Below, in pieces: positions 8,527 to 14,835 of a stretch of 15,039 nucleotides of DNA. The stretch comes from Gloeobacterales cyanobacterium. GTDB lineage: Bacteria; Cyanobacteriota; Cyanobacteriia; Gloeobacterales; PMM-0068. The DNA lies in assembly GCA_038245785.1 (NCBI GenBank), contig JBBRSB010000050.1, positions 1 to 15,039 of the forward strand, read 5' to 3'. Position numbers and translations under genes: made by a program. Under the pieces are notes generated by a model. It did no database searches. It had not been told where the DNA came from and saw only the letters and a list, made by a program, of their open reading frames with translations. Within the stretch, counting starts at the first letter, position 1; each line of letters begins with the position of its first letter.

Positions 8527-8686
8527 ATTCTTGCCTGTAGCAAATCAGTTCTGAGGGAGAGGAGTAATCTTGCTTGAGCATTTTGATAACGATCACAAGT
8601 CCATCTTCTATGATACCCCAATACACTAGGGAATTGGAACTATCATAGATCTTGTCTTGAACGTCAATCCCAAGTAGAGCAATTAT
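8432..8686 (-). pseudogene. Decayed N-terminal Ser/Thr-kinase stub of an ancestral STK-AAA-GAF-His-kinase hybrid
   Basis: Frame from ATA at 8686 reads IIALLGIDVQDKIYDSSNSLVYWGIIEDGLVIVIKMLKQDYSSPSELICYRQEYEIICSIKLEGVVKEYSQQED*RSHIILLEDF. This closely follows the recalled N-terminus of cyanobacterial HstK/Pkn41-42-type proteins. The start is ATA and there is an in-frame TGA at 8464-8462. Confidence 0.85.
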
Positions 8687-8701
8687 AGGTCTTCTCTAGA
8701 T

Positions 8702-8728
8702 TAGTATGAGGTGGCATACCTCATACTA
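8702..8728. promoter_or_regulatory. Perfect 11-bp inverted repeat just upstream of the ancestral kinase start
   Basis: tagtatgaggt-ggcat-acctcatacta, 15 bp upstream of the ATA at 8686. Role unknown. Confidence 0.45.
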
Positions 8729-8788
8729 TAGAAGGCTTATCACAAACTTTAAACCAAGTACGTTACAACATTGTGTTATCAAAGTGCT

Positions 8789-9748
8789 GGTAGTGATATG
8801 GAAGTAGTGGTAAGGCTCAAGTCCTTGCCAACTCCGCATTGTAGCCATGTATGAAGTACCAAATTGTCCTAATATGATTGTTGAGCTTTTTGGAGAAGGA
8901 TAGGCTTTCCCTTACTAATCAAGAAACCCGCTGTCTGAAGGTATTATTTAATCGTTCAATATGATTGGTCAGACCAGTTTCTTTGCCAACAGCTCGATGA
9001 CGTTCATGAGGAATAACTGTTTTGTAAGCCTGCCAACAATCTGTATAAGCAAAGGCACTTTGTTGATAAATATCTGGCAAAGAAGCCCATAATTGACGAG
9101 CAGATTGCCTAGTTCTATTTCCTACAAAACAACCAACGATTTCTCGGGTATCGCGATCTACTGCTAGCCAGATATAAACCTCATTTTTCTTGCTATAAAA
9201 AAATGACCACATTTCATCACATTCGATTATCAGCCTACCCTTTGATTCTCCTGAAACCGTTATCCGACGAGGGATATGGGCCAGCTTTTGATTGATATAA
9301 TCTTGCAACCAAGACCAGCTTACTTTCGTAACTCTGGCAATTCCTCTTAGGGGGATATTCTTTCAAGTAATAGATTGTCAATCAATTGCTTTGCTTCGTC
9401 TGGAATAGTAATTTTATTAGGATTATCAACAAATTGGCGACTAAAGCTTTTGCATTGATACTTTTGCTTATCATTGTGAACAGAGCCATTTTTGATAATG
9501 TGCTTAGAACCATAGACAGGACACTCAATATCTGGAGATCCTTCACACTTTTCTTGGGAGAAGTTTACTGTCTCCTGTAGGATGATTGGCAATAAATAAA
9601 TGACAAATAAAAGTAAATTTCTTAAAAAGATTGCCATGAGAAACCTCTATTAGTAGTAATAATTATGTAACTAATTACGTTAGAAAATAATATACACGAA
9701 CCATACAGAGTATGAATTCTAATTCACCACTACTTCTATATCACTACC
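8789..9748 (-). mobile_element. IS1-family insertion sequence, 960 bp, inactive
   Basis: Terminal inverted repeats GGTAGTGATATGGAAGTAGTGGT (8789-8811) and the reverse complement of 9726-9748 match at 22/23. They enclose an IS1-type transposase. No target duplication visible (aaagtgct versus caggtaag). Confidence 0.93.
8817..9637 (-). pseudogene. IS1-family transposase pseudogene (InsA zinc-ribbon/HTH plus InsB DDE)
   Basis: Zinc-ribbon remnants CPVY and CKSF, IKNG, ECDEMWSF, YTDCWQAY, HIERLNNTFRQR. Frameshift at the G5 run 9350-9354 (LERIS/LRGIARV). Premature TGA at 8921-8919, after which LVRESLSFSKKLNNHIRTIWYFIHGYN continues to TGA 8819-8817. Confidence 0.92.
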
Positions 9749-9861
9749 CAGGTAAGCTTTCTCTGGTTGCTCAGGATGAGATAGTAATAGCATGTTGTCC
9801 CAACGGGTATTGCTGGTTTGAGAAAAAATAATGTGAGATCCCGGCCTCCTTTTTCATGGTT

Positions 9862-9899
9862 GGGGTTGTACGCCATAAACCACAACTTAAACATTAGAC
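9862..9899 (+). repeat. Orphan Tn3-family-like terminal repeat
   Basis: GGGGTTGTACGCCATAAACC... starts with the canonical GGGG and shares GGTTGTACGCC with the IRs at 12134 and 13227. Confidence 0.55.
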
Positions 9900-9933
9900 A
9901 AAACGGCACGAACTGTCTAATGTCTGGCCAATT

Positions 9934-9972
9934 CAAGTTTGAAGTGCAACAGCACCAAAAATCGTACGTAAG
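9934..9972 (+). repeat. Degenerate Tn3/Tn1000-like terminal repeat
   Basis: caagtttgaagtgcaacagcaccaaaaatcgtacgtaag has the AAAA..CGTACG.TAAG inner end typical of 38-39-bp Tn3-family IRs, but the terminal GGGG is eroded. Confidence 0.5.
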
Positions 9973-10007
9973 GCTTTTCGAGAATCTTTTGTAGAGAAGC
10001 CTAAAAA

Positions 10008-10358
10008 TCAATCATCCTCATCACCAAGCAATTTCGATAAATCTTGCAATCGCTCTCGGGCCGCACGAAGAACTCGATGGATTTGCACTATATCCTAGCT
10101 ATCTTGGTCGTTGCCCGTACACACTGTAAATAGAATTCGATAGTGTTTTTTATAAATCAATTGCCGCACAGGCTGATTCAGATATTGGCTTTCGATGGCG
10201 AGGGGGCAGCGATTTGGAAAGTTCTCCAGCGTTAGCATGATCTCATAGCAGCCTCTCACCCACCGATGAGCCTGATCGACTGAATAGTCCTTCATCCACA
10301 GAAATATGCCCTCGACATCCGTCATAGCGGTGGGTGAGATTTCAATCCGGTATGTCAT
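10008..10358 (-). pseudogene. parE: RelE/ParE-family toxin with an internal amber stop
   Basis: MTYRIEISPTAMTDVEGI...LENFPNRCPLA...YRILFTV, TAG at 10097-10095, then in-frame DIVQIHRVLRAARERLQDLSKLLGDEDD* (TGA 10010-10008), which supplies the family's last strand. Confidence 0.82.
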
Positions 10359-10632
10359 GCTTTTGGCGCATCTGCTGAAAGGCTTCGTCTAAGGGGATGC
10401 CCTGACACTGCTCAAATTCATCTAAGCTTTTACGAATTCCGGCTAGGGATTCTAGGAGTTCTACGCGCTCTAGCAGGCGTTGGTAGCTTTCAACGTCTTG
10501 GACGATGACGGCGGCTTTGCCGTTCACGGTCAGCACTATGGGTGCCTGGGTGTCTTTCAGGGTGGTTAAAAAGGTTTTGGCGCTCCGTTGAAAGTCGGAT
10601 AGGGGATGAATGTTGCGAAGGTCAAGAGACAC
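10342..10632 (-). CDS. Phd/YefM-family antitoxin
   Basis: IHPLSDFQR...PIVLTVNGKAAVIVQDVESYQRL motif. Overlaps the toxin start. GTG start. Confidence 0.9.
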   Translation of the reverse strand: MSLDLRNIHPLSDFQRSAKTFLTTLKDTQAPIVLTVNGKAAVIVQDVESYQRLLERVELLESLAGIRKSLDEFEQCQGIPLDEAFQQMRQKHDIPD

Positions 10633-10655
10633 GGCTACTGCTTAGTAGACGAATA

Positions 10656-10685
10656 ATTATATGTTAATTCTTTGAAAATTCTTTG
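10656..10685 (-). promoter_or_regulatory. Candidate promoter/operator of the phd-parE operon
   Basis: Perfect TATAAT on the minus strand at 10661-10656, plus a direct repeat aattctttg at 10666-10674 and 10677-10685 (11-bp period). No well-spaced -35 found. Confidence 0.5.
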
Positions 10686-10686
10686 T

Positions 10687-11259
10687 CTATCCTGCTAGGG
10701 AACTACCTTGTTCCTCGTCTACATACTTGTAGAGCGTTGGCTTGGAAATACTCATCATCTGGCAGATTTCAACAAGAGAGTGGTGACCGTCGTGATAGAG
10801 CTTGACCGCCAATTGTCGCTTGTTCGGGTCTAAGGCTTTGGGTCTGCCTCCTTTGCGCCCTCTGGCCCTGGCAGCTGTCAGTCCTGCTTGAGTGCGCTCC
10901 CGGATTAGATTTCGCTCAAACTCCGCTAAGGCCCCAAACAGGTGAAATACTAACTGCCCGCTGCTCGACGTGGTGTTGATGGCCTCTTGTAGACTGTACA
11001 GCCCGATTGATTGCTGTTTTAAGGTATCGGTCAGTTGAATCAGGTCTTTTAAGGACCTTCCTAAGCGGTCCAATCGCCACACCACCAAGGTATCCCCAGC
11101 TCTAGCTATTTCCAAAGCAGAGTTGAGCCCTGGACGAGAAGTTTTAGCTCCGCTGATATGGTCTTCAAAAATTTTGTCGCACCTAGCGGTCCGCAAAGCG
11201 TCGCGTTGGAGATTTAGCTTTTGGTCATCGGTGGACACGCGAGCATAGCCAATGAGCAT
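10687..11259 (-). CDS. tnpR: Serine recombinase, Tn3-resolvase/invertase family
   Basis: IGYARVST catalytic Ser, VVWRLDRLGRS, AEFERNLIRERT, GRKGGRP and C-terminal HTH (ISKPTLYKY). Confidence 0.93.
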   Translation of the reverse strand: MLIGYARVSTDDQKLNLQRDALRTARCDKIFEDHISGAKTSRPGLNSALEIARAGDTLVVWRLDRLGRSLKDLIQLTDTLKQQSIGLYSLQEAINTTSSSGQLVFHLFGALAEFERNLIRERTQAGLTAARARGRKGGRPKALDPNKRQLAVKLYHDGHHSLVEICQMMSISKPTLYKYVDEEQGSSLAG

Positions 11260-11475
11260 TTAAGTTAACAAACTTGTTGAGACTTAGTGTATCTTGCTTT
11301 TGATAGAATTACTGAGTTTATTGACTCGTGCGATGGCAGCTTCTCGTTTTGTGGAAGCTGGTGCAATGGGAGTAAGGAAAAGGGTCCTTTTCTTTACCTA
11401 GTAAAACGAAGGCCCCCCTTCTGTCCCCCAGTGGTAGAAACGAGAAGAACAGGTGGAGGCTGGATGATCTTAGGG

Positions 11476-11916
11476 TCAACCCTTTAGTTCCAACGGCTCA
11501 TCAAAAATTTCATACTCTGAGAACAGGCAGACTTGAGGAAGTTCTTTCGGGTCGAGAGGCGTCTCTTTATTCACTAAGCTCAGCCCATATCTGTAAGACT
11601 TGCTGATGGCCTCGGGGAGATAGGCTTTGAGGCTGGAGTTTTCTTTTAAGTGAAGTTGAATCTCCCGCCGTTGTTCCCAGATAGTGGCCCGCCAGCTTTT
11701 AGAGCGGCCCTCTGGTTGATAACGCCACTTGAGCAGATGCCCCAAGAGCAACCCCAGTCGATTTTCTAGCTCTTGGCGTTCTTGCTTGCCCAAGGACTCT
11801 ATCTCCTCAATTAAATTCTCCCTATCGACTTGCTCCCACTGTCCCGCTTTCAGTAGGTCCACCTGTTGCTGCGTCCAGGCGTAGAAATCTTGGTCATACA
11901 GGGTTGTGGTCTGCAT
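11476..11916 (-). CDS. DUF29-domain protein
   Basis: LYDQDFYAWTQQQ...LIEEIESLG...LLGHLLKWRYQP...SWRATI signature. GAGG RBS at about 11923-11926. Confidence 0.93.
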   Translation of the reverse strand: MQTTTLYDQDFYAWTQQQVDLLKAGQWEQVDRENLIEEIESLGKQERQELENRLGLLLGHLLKWRYQPEGRSKSWRATIWEQRREIQLHLKENSSLKAYLPEAISKSYRYGLSLVNKETPLDPKELPQVCLFSEYEIFDEPLELKG

Positions 11917-12275
11917 TTGCCACCTCAGTAAGGAGATCTCGCGGGGGAAACTGGAGTCGGTCTAGTCCCCACGGGGATAGAAAACCGACTATCCACTACT
12001 ATCCACTGATTCCATTATCTAGTCATATAAGCCTCTGGGGCACTACACTCGTGAGAGTTCAACAGAAATTAAATGCTCCAAGTTTTACCCATGAGCAGTT
12101 TTCATACTGGTAGATCATCATCAGGTGGTTGTAGGTTGTACGCCGGAACCGCCGAAAATTCCGTCACGCGAGATTGACGTAGAAAAAGCAGTCGTGTCAC
12201 CAGCCGCTATATGGGAACGGCCATGGGCGCAATGGAACAGCCAACCGGCTTGAGGTCACTTCCAACCCTTGGACA

Positions 12276-12704
12276 TTATTGTGCCTTCCATGTCCAAGGG
12301 TTGATGACAGCCAATCCAGCAGCGTCAAAAGGCGACGTGTCGCGTGTGGCTACCGCGAAACCATGCGTCGCAGCGATAGCTGCGATATAGCCGTCTGTGG
12401 GCGCAATGGCCTGTCCAGCGGTGCGAGCACAGGCTCGCAGCGTTGCATATGCTCGCGACGCAGGGTCATCGAATGACAGGATGCGACCCGCGAACAACGG
12501 CAAGACGCGCTGCTCAAGACTGGAATGAAGCTTATCCCGGCGTTTACCCTCAGGCAGCACAGCGATACCGAAACGCAGTTCCGCAAGACTGATTGTCGAG
12601 AGGTACAGCGTTTCGATGATCTGCGCGTCGATCCAGGCAAGCACGTTTATATCTCCAGACGCTTTTAACGGCTCAGAAACGACGTTGGTATCGAGCAGGA
12701 TCAT
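12276..12704 (-). CDS. vapC: PIN-domain toxin, VapC/FitB/StbB type
   Basis: MILLDTNVVSE, LAELRFG, DGYIAA and ATRD provide the acidic PIN active-site residues. ATGA overlap with the antitoxin stop. Confidence 0.95.
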   Translation of the reverse strand: MILLDTNVVSEPLKASGDINVLAWIDAQIIETLYLSTISLAELRFGIAVLPEGKRRDKLHSSLEQRVLPLFAGRILSFDDPASRAYATLRACARTAGQAIAPTDGYIAAIAATHGFAVATRDTSPFDAAGLAVINPWTWKAQ

Positions 12705-12940
12705 TCAAAGCTCATCGGCTCGGCAGGTGTTCTATCGCGTTCGATCTCAAGATCGACGCCGCCCACTTCGCGGCCAATTTCGGCCAGCAGGGAACCGAGC
12801 TTGATCCGGCTCTCGGGTCGAACGGCATTTTCGAGGATCGCCCGGATTTCGGCCTCAGTGCTGCGACCATGCATCGCGGCACGCACGCGCAGGGCGCGAT
12901 GCGTTTCATCGGGTAAATTGCGAACAGTGACGGATGCCAT
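12701..12940 (-). CDS. FitA/StbC-like ribbon-helix-helix antitoxin
   Basis: MASVTVRNLPDETHRALRVRAAMHGRSTEAEIRAIL is a typical FitA-like RHH N-terminus. ATG 12940 preferred over TTG 12952. Confidence 0.93.
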   Translation of the reverse strand: MASVTVRNLPDETHRALRVRAAMHGRSTEAEIRAILENAVRPESRIKLGSLLAEIGREVGGVDLEIERDRTPAEPMSFE

Positions 12941-12968
12941 TGCTTTCACCAATTGAATTTAACATCAA

Positions 12969-12996
12969 TGATTGCATAGTAGCGCAGTTGATATCA
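12969..12996. promoter_or_regulatory. FitAB-type operator candidate
   Basis: TGATTGCA (12969-12976), 12-bp spacer, TGATATCA (12989-12996). Same 8-12-8 layout as the Neisseria fitAB operator TGCTATCA-N12-TGATAGCA (from recall). An extra related box, TGCTTTCA, lies at 12941-12948. Confidence 0.6.
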
Positions 12997-13007
12997 TTTT
13001 GCGTTAT

Positions 13008-13197
13008 GGCGGAAAAAAGGAATTGACTGGCCGCACGGACATCGAGATCAGCAACCAGTTTGCGCGGCTAATCGCCAACTCACGCAGAATCACCAGCGGC
13101 ATAGCGGCACATCTTGCTAAACGGGCACTACACCTTCCACAGCAACGGGAATCTCATAGACCTGGATGCGCTCGTGGCAGGGCTGGAGTTGGGGTGA
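13008..13197 (+). pseudogene. tnpA: Tn3-family transposase, extreme C-terminal remnant
   Basis: GGKKELTGRTDIEISNQFARLIAN, then after a deletion/frameshift SPAA*RHILLNGHYTFHSNGNLIDLDALVAGLELG*, with TGA at 13195-13197 inside the IR. Matches the recalled C-terminus of proteobacterial Tn3-family TnpA. Confidence 0.88.
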
Positions 13198-13298
13198 CAG
13201 AATTTTCGGCGGTTCCGGCGTACAACCCTATCAGGACACACAACAATTTTTTGTGGCAATATAAAAGAAATTGAGAGTCTCTTCGCTAAGTTTAGACA

Positions 13299-13478
13299 AT
13301 GGATCGTCGTTCCTTACCTCTCAGCAATACCGAAATGACCCAAGAAGACCTGGACTGGTTAAATACTGACCTTTCCCGTTTGGGAGAATACGAACCCTAT
13401 GATTGGGGGACCCAAGGGCCACCCGACGCTAAACCCGTCCAATATGATGACCGGCAGGGTTGGGTGGTAGAAGATTAA
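13299..13478 (+). CDS. Small acidic hypothetical protein (59 aa), not in the ORF track
   Basis: MDRRSLPLSNTEMTQEDLDWLNTDLSRLGEYEPYDWGTQGPPDAKPVQYDDRQGWVVED. The WLxxDLSRLGEYEPYDWG...PVxY motif is one I recall from small cyanobacterial proteins. Confidence 0.7.
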   Translation: MDRRSLPLSNTEMTQEDLDWLNTDLSRLGEYEPYDWGTQGPPDAKPVQYDDRQGWVVED

Positions 13479-13574
13479 GTCTTCTGTACGGGTATTGGCC
13501 AAGTGCCGTTTCCTAATGAGCCAAGCCCCGACATAAGATACTAGAAGGGCCTGGGAGTCTCAACATCAGAACTA

Positions 13575-13862
13575 GTGGAGCGCTTAGCTCAAAAACAATT
13601 GAGTTTGAAGGAACAGATGCAAAATCCTGACATCGACTCTGATAATTTTCCCACTGTGATTGAAGAAGATGGGCTTCTTGTTCTCTCAGCGATAGACCCT
13701 CCCCCTCGACATCGACAGGGCTTCGACGCAGCTCAGCCACAAAACTCAGGGGGACCAGCTCGGGGGCCACAAGATGTTTCTCACTGGCAGAAAACTATAG
13801 ACGACGACCGCCAAGAACGCATGGTCAAAACATTGGGTGGTTCCCTTGCCAGTGAAGCCTGA
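13575..13862 (+). CDS. Hypothetical protein, possibly antitoxin-like, 5' end probably decayed
   Basis: Protein-like sequence (VIEEDGLLVLS...WQKTIDDDRQERM). An upstream ATG at 13516 stops after 6 codons, and the ORF's own frame is blocked by TAG at 13542-13544. Confidence 0.5.
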   Translation: MERLAQKQLSLKEQMQNPDIDSDNFPTVIEEDGLLVLSAIDPPPRHRQGFDAAQPQNSGGPARGPQDVSHWQKTIDDDRQERMVKTLGGSLASEA

Positions 13863-14053
13863 ATTACTTTCTACACAAGCTTTTGAACACTCTTAAAATA
13901 TTGCACAGGGCCTTCACCTAGCACAGCTTATTCTTGCGCAGGTGGCAGAGGACCATAGCCGATGATCTTGTAGAGCGACTAGACAGTCACCTGCAAACCC
14001 TCATGAAATTGAACGTTCTTTAGTTCTTCTCTTTCGGTTTTGGCCGTTCCAGG

Positions 14054-14512
14054 CTATCCCCCTCGCCCCAAACGTAGTCCTTCTATCAAATCCCGTATCA
14101 CTACTTGGTTACTCTGGGCTAAGATTTGCGCTGCCTCTGCTGTCTGGGCTGCTCTCTGTGCCGATTCCAGCGGGATATTTGAATAACCGGAAGAGGCCAA
14201 TTGTTGGCTATTAATGTGAGCCAGCTGCGTGTTGGCCCGCGCTAATTCCGAACTCGTCTCAACCATGGACTGAAGAGCCTGGCTCTGGGCTTCTGAACCC
14301 TCTGGGGCTTCTAAAAAGCATTCTGCAGCTTCTTCTATCCGTCCTGAAGCTTCTCCCATGCGCTTTAAGGGCTCTTTGGCCTGCTCAAGCCTCTTGAATT
14401 GCTCGGCGTTGCTGGAAACCTGTCGTTGAAGGGTTTGCAACTTTTGCTCATTGTCAATGTGTAAACGCTCTAATCGCACAGCGATACTATCTAGACGGTC
14501 TATGATACTTAT
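14054..14512 (-). CDS. Coiled-coil hypothetical protein (start uncertain: ATA 14512 or GTG 14479)
   Basis: A/Q/E-rich helical sequence. The frame stays open upstream of 14479, reading (I)SIIDRLDSIAVRLERL. Confidence 0.6.
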   Translation of the reverse strand: MSIIDRLDSIAVRLERLHIDNEQKLQTLQRQVSSNAEQFKRLEQAKEPLKRMGEASGRIEEAAECFLEAPEGSEAQSQALQSMVETSSELARANTQLAHINSQQLASSGYSNIPLESAQRAAQTAEAAQILAQSNQVVIRDLIEGLRLGRGG

Positions 14513-14835
14513 CCCCCAAAGCGTTCTAGCAAATCCTTGTGCGATAGATTTGCCAGTTGGAGTATCAACCCGGCAAGCTCTACATCCGAAAGCTGGGCCA
14601 TCGTTGGGATAAGACTAGCCATCTCTGCGTCCACAGTCCCAAATCGGTTCACTAGCAATACTTCGAGCAATTCTCGCCTCTGCTCCTGTTTTCCTTCCTG
14701 CTTTCCTTCCTCTCTACCTTCTAGTAGAGTCTCTTCCTTCCAACGCTCATAGACGGGTGACAAGCTCATGATCAATCCCCTTTCATCCTTATTTAAATTT
14801 TGACGTGCCTGTAACGAGACGCGCAAGTTTGCTAG
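14509..14835 (-). pseudogene. C-terminal fragment of an Rpn/DUF4351-like protein, with an intact internal ORF at 14769-14509 (86 aa)
   Basis: LANLRVSL...LIMSLSPVYERWKEETLLEGREEGKQEGKQE...LLVNRFG has the EGxxEG repeats and RFG helix typical of these C-termini. In-frame TAA at 14841-14839 means the N-terminal domain is absent. Confidence 0.7.

Larger units (their letters stand above)
12125..13229. mobile_element. Non-autonomous Tn3-family mini-transposon (1105 bp) carrying a FitAB/VapBC pair
   Basis: Inverted repeats 12134-12167 and 13194-13227 match at 33/34. 5-bp direct repeat ATCAG at 12120-12124 and 13230-13234. A tnpA 3' remnant ends inside the right IR. Visibly more GC-rich than the flanks. 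Confidence 0.92.

Noticed and set aside
576..8554. Plus-strand and alternate-frame ORFs inside the left gene string (e.g. 576-815, 1378-1710, 3291-3698, 7152-7430, 8141-8554)
   Set aside because: They are shadows of well-supported minus-strand genes and show no recognisable motifs.
9345..9360. Programmed IS1 -1 frameshift site
   Set aside because: The shift is at a C5 run inside the HTH rather than an A6-type slippery site, and the gene has other inactivating lesions.
9736..10011. 91-aa minus-strand ORF
   Set aside because: It spans the IS1 end and Tn3-like repeats and has an unprotein-like composition.
11385..11418. GGGGGGCCTTCGTTTT... (minus strand) as the partner Tn3 IR for 9862 or 9934
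   Set aside because: It begins with a G run but does not match either left-hand end beyond that.
11287..12113. Plus-strand ORFs 11287-11487 and 11904-12113
   Set aside because: Non-ATG starts, no motifs, and they overlap palindromic or intergenic sequence.
12972..13274. 100-aa plus-strand ORF as a real gene
   Set aside because: It is a chimera of the TA promoter, a frameshifted tnpA remnant, the IR and flanking DNA.
13852..14023. Possible toxin remnant downstream of 13575-13862
   Set aside because: I could read only short broken frames with no PIN, RelE or MazF motif.
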